Positions 9,512 to 20,697 are shown, counted from the stretch's first letter. The stretch is 21,052 bases of DNA from Azolla caroliniana (GCA_043228905.1 JBHGNT010000547.1:1-21052), one strand, 5' to 3'. Made by a program: numbers and translations. Notes: generated by a model from the letters alone, not told the origin.

Positions 9512-9521
9512 TCTCCCCCTT
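9512..9521 (-). other. Polypurine tract
   Basis: Minus strand AAGGGGGAGA-TAG-TGTCATGA. Confidence 0.88.
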
Positions 9522-12500
9522 AAAGACGACAAGTGGAACGAGTCGGCGTTGATTGCGGACCGGGTTTGTCCGGATACTTTTGGTGGAAATCAGAAAGCAG
9601 ATCCTGAGCATTGGCAACATGCTCGACGGGTTCCCAAGTGCGTTCGCTCGGACTATAACCAACCCAATCGACCAAATAATAAAGTTTATTGCGAATAAGT
9701 TTGGAATCGAGGATGGCAGCAACTTCACACTCCAGGCCGGCGTCCAACTCCAAAGGGGGCGGCGGTGGTGTAACACGATCGGGAATGGTGTTTGCTTTAT
9801 AAGGTTCAAGAAGAGAACAATGGAAAACCGGATGTATTTGAAGCTGCGGAGGGAGATCAAGGTGGAATGTGACATCATTAACCTTACCCGTAATACGGAA
9901 AGGACCGAGTCGTCGATAATCGAACTTGTCGCACGGTCGAGTAGTCTTGATGTGACGACGTAAGAGTCATACTCGATCTCCGATGGCAAAAGAGGAGGGA
10001 AGCCGATGACGATCCGCGTAAGTCTTCTATGTCTGTTGAGCATGACGAAGATGAGTCGAGAGATCTGTCTGGATCTTGCGTAGTCTCTCCAAATGATCCC
10101 CGGCACGAGGATTGGTAGGTAGCTCCGGGGTGTCGATCACTGACCAACGAGGATGAGAACCGGTATAAGCATAGAATGGGGAGACTCGAGTCGAGGAGTG
10201 AACAGCATTATTATACGCAAACTCCGCAAAGTGGAGAATCTCGGCCCAATCGTCATGTTGATAACTCAGGAAACACCGCAGATATTGCTCCAGCGTTTGG
10301 TTTGTTCGTTCTGCTTGCCCATCGGTCTGAGGATGGTAGCCGGAGGAGAGGTTGCAAGAGACCTTGAGCATCTTGAAGAGATGCTGCCAAAATTTGGAGA
10401 CAAATTGCGGTCCTTGGTCACTGATGATACTGTCTAGGAGGCCATGATGCCGAAATACCTCACACATGACTAGGGCGGCGGTTTCCTCGCTAGTGATGGC
10501 CTTAGTACACGGAACAAAATGTGCCATCTTCGTATATCGATCGACAACGGTTAAGATAGCATCGAACCCCTGCGAGACCGGCAGATCTGTGATAAAATCA
10601 AGACAAATAGACTGTCACGGCTTACTTGGAATCGGTAAGGGTTCCAACAAGCCATATGGATGGTGTCGTGGCATCTTTGCTCGGCAGCAAGCATCACAGG
10701 TCCACACGTAGTCGTTGACAAAACGGCGCATGTGGGGCCACCAAAAATATCGCTGCACTAGCTCCAACGTCTTAGTACTACCGAAATGTCCCGCCGTATG
10801 GGTGTCGTGACAATGCTGGACGATTTGAAGGCAACAGGAGCAATCGGGGACATATACGCGCTTTTTGAAGAATAACAAACCATCATGATATTCGAATTGT
10901 CAGTAGTCAATACCTGGTTGTTGAGACTGAGAATAGGATGCCCGAGAAGTATCAATGTGCGCCAGGATGTCTTGAGCAAAACTATCCGTCTTCAAGTTTG
11001 CACGTATGTCATCGGTAATCCGTGAATCCATCGGGGTGTGAAAAATCCGGGTCGTGTGCAATCGTGTTGGTCCCAAGATTACTTGCTTTTGATTATCAAA
11101 TGTTGGATCACCAGGACGAGGTGCAAGATATGAACGTCGTGATAGTGCATCTGCTTTCCCTTGCTGCTTCCCCGGTCGATATGTGATTTTGAAGTCGAAA
11201 CGCGTGAGGAATTGCGCCCACCGAGCTTGCCGTCGATTTAGTACGCGAGCGTTCTAGAAATAAGCAAGATTTTTATGATCACTAAAGACAACGACCTGAT
11301 GTGGAGAGCCCTCTAAGAAATGCCGTCATTGCACAAATGAATCCACGATGGCTAATAACTCCTTGTCATGTATTTCGTAGTTGATTTCCGCAACATCGAA
11401 TTTGCGCGAATGGAAAGCCACCGGATGCAACTCTCTCTTTATCTACCGAGGGCGAAATCTGAAGCATCGGCCTCCATGATGAATGGTTTGCTAGTATCCA
11501 CATGAGCTAGAATCGGTGCTGATGTAAAGGATTTCTTAAGATGCCGAAAAGCCATATTTGCTTCAATGGACCAAAGAAATGCTTGGCCCTTCTTCGTAAG
11601 TTGTGTGAGGGGTAAGATAATCTTCGAGTAATCCTATATAAACTTACAGTAGAAGTTAGCAAAACCTAGAAAACATTGTACATCTCATACCGACCGTGGA
11701 AGTTGTGTGAGGGGTAAGATAATCTTCGAGTAATCCTATATAAACTTACGGTAGAAGTTAGCAAAACCTAGAAAACATTGTACATCTCGTACTGACCGTG
11801 GAATTTGCCACTCTAGTACAGTTTGGACTTTAGCTGGATCCATGGCGATGCCCTTTGAGGAGATGACGTAGCCTAGAAATTCCACTTGCTTGCAGTCAAA
11901 GCTACATTTTTCTAGCTTGGGATAAAGATCATTCTCGCGGAGTCGCTTTAGTACTAATAGTACATGAGAATCGTGCTCTTGCTGGGTCTTCGAATAAATC
12001 AATAGATCATCAAGATAGATGATCAACAGATATCCAAGAGGTCTCTGAATATATCATTTGCCATGTGTTGGAAGACTGCGGGTGCATTGGTTAGGCTGAA
12101 CGGCATAACAGTATACTCGAAATGCCCATACCGCATGCGAAAGGCGGTCTTCCATTCATCTCCCGGTCGGATCCGCACGAGGTTATACGCTCCTCGTAGA
12201 TCGATTTTGGTAAAAAACTTGGCACCATTAACTCACTCTAAAAGACTTGATATAAGAGGAAGTGCATACCTATTCCGGATGGTGACCTTATTCAATCCGC
12301 GGTAATCAACGACGAGACGAAGTGAGTCATCTTTCTTCTTGACAAAGAAGATGGGTGCACCGGCCGGAGATTTCGAATGACGGATGAACCCGCTTGCCAA
12401 GTTCTCCTCTATGTAGGCTCGAAGGACTTCTAACTCGGTGGGTGACAAGTTGTAAATTGGTCCCCATGGTGGCTCGGTTCCTGGTTGTAAATCGATGGGA

Positions 12501-13171
12501 CAGTCATAGGGACGGTGATGAGGAAGGGTACCGGCTTTTACCTTGTCAAATACATCGGCATAAGGATGATATTTTGCCAGAAGTTGTACTGAGGAGTCCT
12601 TAATAGTGATGGAAGGATGTACTAATATTGCAAATAGGAGCATTGCCTCCTTGTGTCCTTCTTCGCGTAATTGATGGAGTGAAATGGTCGAAACTCGATG
12701 AGTAGATTCTTGGGGTGGTCGATATCGGACTTCTCTTGTTCTCCAATCTATGGTTGGATTATGTAATTCAAACCAAGGTAATCCTAGGACAATGGGATGC
12801 TCTGGACTACTAATTATATTAAATGATATTACACACACAAAACTACCTAGGACAACTTGAATGGGTTCTGATTCTTCTACAATATTCCCGGAAGCAATGG
12901 GACGACCATCAATGACTACTACAGATGCGGGACAAGGAAGTTTTCTTAGGGATATCTGAGAAGCTTGGGCAAAATTTCAATCCATGAAACAGGAATTAGC
13001 TCTAGAATCTAAGAGTGCTAGGACGGGTATTGGGGGAGTACTTTTAGTACTAACAATGACTTGATCTAGGAACACATTGCTAACTTGCTTGGAAGGAATG
13101 GAACCACTAATGGGTTGTAAAGATCTAGGGCTGCTGTCCAACCAAACGGCTCCTATTTTGGCTGGACTCAA
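9520..13171 (-). pseudogene. pol: Chromovirus pol (PR, RT, RNase H, integrase, chromodomain), multiple stops and frameshifts
   Basis: ALLDS[R]ANSCF; [25 protein letters not shown] (about 12006-12017); EADASDFA; HDTHTAGHFG...CDAC; YHPQTDGQAER; YYLVDWVGYSPSERTWEP. Confidence 0.95.
11598..11801. repeat. 102-bp tandem duplication at the RT/RNase H junction
   Basis: 11598-11699 versus 11700-11801, 3 substitutions. Confidence 0.95.
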
Positions 13172-13180
13172 TCGTTTAAA
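13126..13180 (-). promoter_or_regulatory. Programmed -1 ribosomal frameshift signal
   Basis: T-TTA-AAC in gag frame, 6-nt spacer, 11-bp stem GTCCAGCCAAA/TTTGGTTGGAC, loop TAGG(A)GC able to pair with downstream GCCCTA; the -1 frame is the protease ORF. Confidence 0.82.
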
Positions 13181-14325
13181 TCTTCATCTAATTGACTAAG
13201 GATTTCAAATTTGTTTGAGATACTTGGGCTATTAGTACTATGAATACTATCTGACACTCTATTAGTACTATTAATACTATCAGACACTCCGAAGGGAAGA
13301 ATTGACTCGGGTTTAGTACAAGCGACGATTTGATTTACCTGTCTTCTTGGCCTATGGGGACAATTGATGGCGATATGCCCTGGTCCACCGCAATAAAGAC
13401 ATAATCGATTGGCACGTCGTCGTTGCTTTTCTTCTTCCGATAACGGGCCGCGTCGACGCATGGTGTCGATCTCCATCGGTGTCGGAATATTGGCTTGAGG
13501 TACATTGCGTGCAAACGGTTTAGCCGTGACTGAGGCGTATGTGGGTTCCGGCCGAGAGCGTGGTAGTTGTAACTCACGCTCCGAACGTCGTTCGAAAAGG
13601 CGGTTGTTGCATCGGACCGCTCGACTGATTGCCTCCGTAAGAGACTTTGGTTCTTCGGGGAAGGTTAAAAGCAGATCTTTGACATCATTGCGCAAGCCGT
13701 AGCGAAACTGCTCCATGAGGGCCTGATCATCCCAGGGAATATTTGAGGCGAGTAGACGGAAATCCGCCGCGTAGGCAAAGTCTGGACGATCGCCTTGACG
13801 CAATCTTCGGATCTTATTGATTGTCCTCCTGATGCTGTCGGTATCTCCAAAGCAGGCTTTAAACTCACCAATAAAATCTTCAAAGTTATTAAGCAAGGGT
13901 GATTGTTTTTCTAGAAGCGGAGCGAACCATGCCAAGGCTGAGCCACTAAGTAACGTGCCTATTAGGCCGACTCGAGATGCATCAGTGGGATATCGGGAAG
14001 GATGCATCTGGATGACTAAGCGTACCTGATTAAGGAATCCCCGGAATTGCGATCGCGTTCCATCAAATTTCACAGGAAGTCCAATCTGGGGCTCTTTATG
14101 AAATCCTTGGGGACTTGATCCTTGTTGTTGCAACGCTGCTTCGAGTTGTTGTACCCGTAATGCTAACTCCCCATGTTGTTGTTGCGTTTGTTGTTTCTCG
14201 AGAACGATTTGTTGCAGATCCCCTATCAACCGTTGGTTTTCTTGTTCCAGGGCAACAAACTTTTCTTTTAGGCACTGTAACTCGGAGAAAACGGATTGAT
14301 ATTCTTGGGCGCTAACAGTAGCCAT
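13168..14325 (-). CDS. gag: Gag (coiled coil, retrotransposon capsid, CCHC zinc knuckle), open 385-aa ORF
   Basis: PVKFDGTRSQFRGFLNQ, LLSGSALAWF, LRQG, QFRYGL, PMEID, CLYCGGPGHIAINC; 30-bp duplication at 13229-13289. Confidence 0.95.
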   Translation of the reverse strand: MATVSAQEYQSVFSELQCLKEKFVALEQENQRLIGDLQQIVLEKQQTQQQHGELALRVQQLEAALQQQGSSPQGFHKEPQIGLPVKFDGTRSQFRGFLNQVRLVIQMHPSRYPTDASRVGLIGTLLSGSALAWFAPLLEKQSPLLNNFEDFIGEFKACFGDTDSIRRTINKIRRLRQGDRPDFAYAADFRLLASNIPWDDQALMEQFRYGLRNDVKDLLLTFPEEPKSLTEAISRAVRCNNRLFERRSERELQLPRSRPEPTYASVTAKPFARNVPQANIPTPMEIDTMRRRGPLSEEEKQRRRANRLCLYCGGPGHIAINCPHRPRRQVNQIVACTKPESILPFGVSDSINSTNRVSDSIHSTNSPSISNKFEILSQLDEDLND

Positions 14326-14384
14326 AGTATAGGGAGAAGGGTAGGAGGATGAGGGAGAACGGCAAGTAGGCTGGAGGAAAGGAG

Positions 14385-14396
14385 AAATTGGTTCAA
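14385..14396 (-). other. Non-tRNA (self-priming) primer-binding site
   Basis: TTGAACCAATTT 2 nt after the 5' LTR; lacks TGG; perfectly complementary to LTR 14586-14575. Confidence 0.75.
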
Positions 14397-14398
14397 AC

Positions 14399-14804
14399 TG
14401 TCAGGAATAGTACTAAAGCAGAGATGGAATTAGTGCTAAGAAGAGTAGTACTATTAGTACTAAGAGGAGAGAGAGAGAGAGATAGCGAGGATGAGAGAGA
14501 GAAAGATGATGACAACAGCTAATATATTATGTGAAAAGATAAGTACAAAGGGGCTAAGAGGCTTAAGACTGGCGTTGAACCAATTTGGTTCAACATAATG
14601 CCTAGTGCCTTCTTTTATAGTGTTGTCAGGAGTAATCTTGAATCTTCTAGACTGTTCTAGAGAAATCTGGATATATACATTACTTTCTTATAATAAAACA
14701 TAAATGAAAATAATATCCTATGAATTACAATAGATGGTGTGATGGTTAAGAGCTCGACCCATATACCATAAGGTCATGGGTTCGAGTCTTGCCATATCAT
14801 GACA
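14399..14804 (-). repeat. 5' LTR (406 bp) with TATA box at 14619-14613
   Basis: Direct repeat of 9104-9508; TATAAAA on the minus strand. Confidence 0.97.
14735..14789 (+). promoter_or_regulatory. tRNA-like Pol III internal promoter in U3 of the 5' LTR
   Basis: A box TGGTGTGATGG 14735-14745, B box GGTTCGAGTCT 14779-14789. Confidence 0.65.
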
Positions 14805-14809
14805 GAACG

Positions 14810-17228
14810 TGGCATCCGACACCATTGGTGAGCTGTGGCACAAAAGGCTGTGTCACATGAGTGAGAAGGGGATGAAGAGGCTTGTAGACGACAACCTCAT
14901 TCCAATGAAGAACGTGCACTTGGAGAAGTGCACTGATTGTCTGGCCGGTAAACAAAACCGGACCTCCTTCTGATCGAGGCCACCGATGAGACGTAATGCA
15001 CCACTGGAGTTGGTGCATACTGATGTATGTCAAGTGGACATGAAGTCACATGCCGGATCGCAGTACTTCGTGACCTTCATAGATGACCACAACTGGAAGC
15101 TGTGGGCCACACCATTGACGACGAAGGATCAGGTGTTATCTGTCTTCAAAGAGCTCTACGCGAGAGTGGAAAGAGAAACCGGCCAGAAGCTGAAGGCGGT
15201 TCGAGCAGATAATGGAGGTGAATACCGGGGGCAGTTTGAGGAGTACTGTCGCTCGAAGGGAATCCGGCTCGAATTTATCATGCCGAAGACGCTAGAACTA
15301 AATGGGTCCGGAGTACGTTGGCGCATGCAAAACTACCCAAGAAGTTTTGGGCTGAGGCACTGTTGACGACGACATATGTGATAAACAGATCACCCTCAGT
15401 ACCCTTGGACGGAGACACGCCACAGAGAGTCTGGACCGGTAAGGAAGTGTCCTGCCGGCATCTGAAAGTATTCGGGTGTCTTGCGTACGTGCATGTTGCT
15501 AAGAACCGGAGGGGAAAGTTGGATCCAAAGATCCGGCCATGCATATTCCTCGGTTACGGCGACGATGAGTTCGGCTACCGAGTGTGGGACCTGGCCGACA
15601 AGAAGGTATTCCGAGGTCGAGATACTATCTTCATGGAGGACAAGACGCTCGTCGACTGGGAGTCGGAGAAGACCCAACTCCAAGTCGACCGGTAAGGATC
15701 GATTCTACGATGATCAGACCCAACTGGCAAGAGACCGATTAGCACTCGAGGAACCAGCCATTTACGATGGGCGTGGACTTCGACGAGATATTTGCCCCGG
15801 TAGTAAAGATGACCTCCATCCGGACGGTGCTGAGTATAGCGGCAAGCATGGACCTCGAGGTAGAGCAACTGGACGTGAAGACGGCATTCCTTCACGGTGA
15901 CCTCAAAGAGGAGATCTACATGCAGCAACTAGAAGGATTCGTGGAGAAAGGGAAGGAGCACCTGGTTTGCCGGTTGAAGAAGAGCCTGTACGGACTGAAG
16001 CGGGCTCCCCGACAATGGTACCGGAAGTTGACCGATCAAGGGTACCACAAGACACAGGCCGATCACTACATGTTTGTGAAGAAGTTTGAAGGAGGCGACT
16101 TCCTGATACTCCTTCTGTACATGGATGACATGTTGATCGTCGGACGGAACCACGCCAGAATATGGATGCTGAAGAAGGCTCTCAACCGAACATTCGCGAT
16201 GAAAGACTTGGGTCCGGCAAGACAGATGCTAGGGATGCATATCATTCGGAACCGGCCAACGAAGGAATTGTGGCTGTCACAAGAGAAATACATGACAAAG
16301 GTGCTTCAGCGGTTCAACATGTTAGAAGCGAAACCGGTCGGATCGACACTCCCGGCAAACTGCAGATTATGCGGTAAGCAAAGCCCGAAGACGAAAGCAG
16401 AGAAGGCTGATATGATGAAGGTTCCATATGCCTCCGCTGTCGGGAGCTTGATGTACACAATGGTGTGTACCCGACCGGATATAGGATACGCAGTTGGAGT
16501 GGTGAGCCGGTTTATGAGCAATCTCGACAAGGAGCACTGGAACGCGGTCAAATGGATACTCCGGTACCTGAAGGGCACTTCGGATATGTGTCTCCAATTC
16601 GGCTCCAGTAAACCTCAACTCGCCGGTTTTACCAATTCGGACATGTCGGCTGATGTGGATACCAACCGGTCTACATCCGGGTATGTAATGACATATGCAA
16701 GGGGAGCTATTTCGTGGCAGTCTTTGTCTCCAATTCGGCTCCGGTAAACCTCAACTCGACGGTTTTACCGATTCGGACATGTCGGCTGATGTGGATACCA
16801 GCCGGTCTACATCCGGGTATATAATGACATATGCAGGGGGAGTTGTTTCGTGGCAGTCGAGGCTGCAGAAGACGGTTGCGTTGTCAACCACGGAAGCGGA
16901 GTACATGGCGGCTGTGGAAGCCGGCAAGGAAATATTATGGATGAAGGACTTCATCGGAGAGCTCGGTATCTGGCAAGATGAATACCGGCTCTATTGCAAC
17001 AGTCAAAGTGCCATCCACCTTGCTAAGAATGCGGCCTACCATTCCCGGACGAAGCATATCCAACGTAGGTATCATTGGATCCAGGAGTGAGTAGAAGATT
17101 GAGAGTTCGCGCTAATGAAGATCCAAACGGACGAGAACGGGTCAGATATGCTGACCAATGTACTAATACCCGACAAGCTGGATGCATGTCGGAAGCGGAT
17201 CGGACTACTAAGACATCCCATGCCGTAG
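14810..17228 (+). pseudogene. pol: Copia pol: GAG-pre-integrase, integrase, RT, RNase H; deleted and frameshifted
   Basis: LWHKRLCHMSEKG, LELVHTDV, VTFIDD, VRADNGGEY, FWAEAL, CIFLGYG, QLDVKTAFLHGDL, LKKSLYGLK, YMDD, SRSTSGY, ALSTTEAEY, RTKHI. Deletions near 15305 and about 15690-15767 (RT N-terminus missing). Confidence 0.95.
16589..16858. repeat. 134-bp tandem duplication (period 136) at the copia RNase H start
   Basis: 16589-16722 versus 16725-16858, about 8 substitutions; shifts the frame. Confidence 0.95.
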
Positions 17229-17229
17229 T

Positions 17230-17239
17230 GAAGGGGGAG
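17230..17239 (+). other. Polypurine tract
   Basis: GAAGGGGGAG-TT-TGTTAGG. Confidence 0.9.
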
Positions 17240-17241
17240 TT

Positions 17242-17937
17242 TGTTAGGAAACAGGTCCCACCAGATGGGAAGTCAAAAGAACAGTGCTAATGAGAAACCG
17301 GATGAGGAGCACCCGGCTACGGAAGACCTGGTGAAAACCGGATGAGGAGCACCCGGCTACGGAAGACCTGGTGAGAACCGGATGAGGAGTACCCAGCTAC
17401 AGAAGACTCGGTGAGAACCGGATGAGGAGTACCCAGCAAGAGCCGGATGATGCAGACCCGGTGAGGAGTGCTCACCGGATGAAGGGACATATTCGTAAAT
17501 ATGTTTATGAGAGTCCATCTGGGCTATATTTGTAAATAGCCGAAAAGTCATATTAGTATAAATATGACTTAGGGCAAACTTTTAGATATAGCAGTTGTCA
17601 TTCTTGTTGGCGCAAGATTAGAGCGCGTAACGGTGTACAGAGAGAGAGAGAAAGAGAGAGAGAGGAAGAGGTTGTTGCCTCTGTTGTAACCGCCGCCTGT
17701 GGCGAAGATAGCAAGCTCGAGGTCGTTGCCTCGGTGCTTTAGTATTGTACATTCTGATATAGTGATAGTTTGCAGTCTGTGGGCTGCCGTGGTTTTTTCC
17801 CTAGTTTGGGTTTTCCACGATAACATCCTGTGTTCTCTTTTCTTCACTGTGTCGTGCATTTATTACCCGTTTTTCTATGTTTGATTCTAAGCTCGGTTGT
17901 GTCCAAGCGTTGTTCATCGGAGCGTGTATTCCTGTCA
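17242..17937 (+). repeat. 3' LTR of copia (696 bp)
   Basis: TG...CA, followed by TSD GGTTG. Confidence 0.96.
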
Positions 17938-19523
17938 GGTTGCCTATTCTCATGGGGATCAGCGGTATGGGGGGCTCTCCATTCCAATCTCTTATTGTAT
18001 GAGGCAGATGATGCTCTAGAGGCTAAGACAGTCATCAACAAGCATCTAATATCCATCGCCCCTTTTCAGCAACCTCGAAAGCAAATGCGTGCAGCCCATG
18101 TATGGAAAACAATTACCTCTATTCACGATCTCCTCTCAAGGACCTATCTGGAAATATCATCATCCCTGGCCCTTCCCCTGATTATCCTTTTTGTATATAA
18201 CACTCTCTAATTGTACAGTTTGTAGCCTTAAGGCGTTTTTTCTTAATACTAATGAAGGAAATCTTTTTGGAAAAAAAAAGAAAAAAGAATCTCACTAACA
18301 ATGTTATATACATATATTTTGTTAAGGGGATACATGCTCCAACAAATATAGAACAAAACAAAACAAACCTTTACATGTGTGTCTTCAGGATTACTAAGTA
18401 AGAGGTAGAGAAGGGATGGCATTGAGGTGTAACAAACCTTCGCATGCCTTTCCTAAGGAATAGTAATCAAGAGGTCCCATTTCGTGATTCACATTATGAA
18501 GAAAGTAACCGAGAGGAGAGAAAGAGACAAAAAAGACAATGAAGGAAACCATTACATAGGTAATGGAAGAGAAACAAATATAATGTGATCAATCAAGCCA
18601 TGGGGATATAGGACCGCAAAAAAAAAAATGAAAATCAAATGGATATTCAAGAAGAAAAATAGAAAATATGTAAGTATTTATTAAGATCAAATGGATAGAG
18701 AGAGCACTATATAATGATAAAGAATCAAAATCATTGCTTAGGAGTGTAGTAAAGATTCTCATATAAGAAACAAACCAATCAAATCAAAAGGTAGATGGAG
18801 CAAGAAAGGTAAGGATCTATCTAGTGTAGTTCATGGGTTTTTCCTTTTGGGATGACCTAAAGATTAGTTTTCATACTTTACCAGATTCATATTTGGGTGC
18901 ATTTCACAAATAATGTGAGTATGTTATATAACATTTGCAAGAATACTTTGACTTGGATTCTCTTGTGTACAAAAGTTATATAAATACATTCAAGATGAAA
19001 AAGCCTATTGTATGAATACCAACATTAAGCCAATCACACTACAGAGTTTCAAAAACTAGAGGGATGGCAAAGTAAAAGGGAACCTTGCCAATGTAGATGA
19101 TGCATAGCTATTATACACGTATTGATACATCAAAGCATGTTAGATGAGCCTACGTACATTTACAGTGGGAACATATATTGATGTATGACTACAATATGTA
19201 TGTGGACACACCCTCAAATATTTTGTGGAAAGAGAAGACACATATTCATTATCATAAGCTGGCAAAAGGAGAGAAAAAGCCTTCATAAAACCTTTCACTT
19301 TTTGTACAAGCTAACCACAAGAACGTCAAAATGAAGTGTATCTTTTAAAACCATGCATTGTTGATGTAAGCATGAACTCTTCACATGCATGCGTGGATTG
19401 CCATTAGGAAATTTGAACCTTCATTTTTTGCTAATAAAAATAACTCACTACAAATAAAAAACTAGAAATTAAAGAAAATAATTTAAAACCTAATAACGAG
19501 TGATCTTATCTTAAAAACCCTGA

Positions 19524-19741
19524 ATGACGATATGAAGAGATGCACATACGTACAATTTGCATTCATATTTATGTTATGCATTCATATTTATGATGATATG
19601 AAGAGATGCACATACATACAATTTGCATTCATATTTATGACGATATGAAGAGATGCACATACATACAATTTGCATTCATATTTATGACGATATGAAGAGA
19701 TGCACATACATACAATTTGCATTCATATTTATGTTATGCAT
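19524..19741. repeat. 47-bp minisatellite, 4 copies plus a 19-bp partial
   Basis: ATGACGATATGAAGAGATGCACATACATACAATTTGCATTCATATTT at 19524, 19590, 19637, 19684. Confidence 0.95.
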
Positions 19742-20697
19742 AAAAGAGAAAAGCAGATATAAAAGCATTTTCACTTTTCATGGTAAAGAAAATGAGTGAA
19801 AAGAACCGACACGAGACAAAAAAACTAACTTTACTTTTAAAATCTTGTGGTCCAATAAAGATCAAGGTTCATTCACAATCATATAATAAACTTCCATTCA
19901 TATTTTAGACCACTACAAAATCACCTTTCATGAAATATTGAAAACTAATCCTATCATGAAGTTTATAAAGACAAAAATAATTTACGTTGCCTTTTTTATG
20001 TTTGAGTGACATCTTTTTGTAGCCTTGAAACATAATCCCGTGAAGAGGTTGACAAGACACAATTCATGTTCATTTTTACATTCAATGGTACATAATCTTT
20101 TTGGTCCAAATGAGAACTAGTATATCATCCACAATGCACACACACTAACATCTTCAAAACCTATATACATATGTGAGTGTATGTTTGTGATGAATAAGTA
20201 GTTCAACAATCGACAACTTTCTTTTGGATTAAAATAGTCGCAAGATATAGAAAATATAGCATGAGAGAGACACATACACTGTAGACGGTCTTTCATAACG
20301 GTCACACAATTTACATCCACTCATTTTATTTGATAACTTTCTTTTTCTTTTTCCAATTCAAAAAATGCTTTAAAATGTTTGACCCGAAGGCCAAAAAAAA
20401 TGGCTATGTTTACAATGGGGCTTGTTTGCTAGGTGGATTTTATGGGGTTTGCATTGTCAAAATATTTGATGAGATGAAATAAGTTCATTATTTTTGTGTG
20501 ATTTCTTAGTAACCATGACAACCTTCCAAGATATATGGCTTGGTCTGATATGGATAACAACATGAACATGGACTTGAAAAATTGGAGTACCAATGAATGA
20601 CACCAAAGAAATCGACAACAATTGATTGATTGATCAATCGATCATTTAACAAATCCGTCGATTGATGATGGTGATGGTGATAATTGAAGAGTGACAA

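Larger units (their letters stand above)
9104..14804 (-). mobile_element. Full-length Ty3/gypsy chromovirus (Tcn1/Tf1-like), 5701 bp, defective pol
   Basis: LTRs 9104-9508 and 14399-14804 (TGTCA...TGACA; 13 substitutions and 1 indel), TSD GAACG at 9099-9103 and 14805-14809, order gag-PR-RT-RH-INT-chromodomain. Confidence 0.97.
3863..17937 (+). mobile_element. Ty1/copia LTR retrotransposon (Tnt1-like), internally deleted, hosting two insertions
   Basis: LTRs start TGTTAGGAAACAGG at 3863 and 17242; 3' LTR ends CA at 17937; TSD GGTTG at 3858-3862 and 17938-17942; domain order PR-INT-RT-RH; PPT before the 3' LTR. Confidence 0.96.
3595..18284 (+). mobile_element. 5'-truncated L1-type LINE (about 610 bp of own sequence: 3595-3862 and 17943-18284), split by the copia insertion
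   Basis: zf-RVT-like peptide YWKRIW...CSYCGDLQETTKHAL...AQQVW continues in frame across the insertion (NVG-C-LFSWGSAVWG). A-rich tail 18271-18284; 17-bp TSD AAGAATCTCACTAACAA at 3578-3594 and 18285-18301. Confidence 0.9.

Noticed and set aside
9501-10106. 201-aa and 136-aa ORFs overlapping the integrase/chromodomain
   Set aside because: Alternative-frame or antisense shadows of pol with no recognisable motifs; likewise the short shadow ORFs at 15278-16954.
14728-14800. Functional tRNA gene
   Set aside because: Acceptor and anticodon stems do not pair and the anticodon is ambiguous; only promoter boxes remain. The same holds near 9432-9504 and 1212-1284.
20117-20697. Short ORFs downstream of ZIP, one with a His run
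   Set aside because: Probable 3' UTR or flank; the His run comes from a short CAY-type trinucleotide repeat after the stop.
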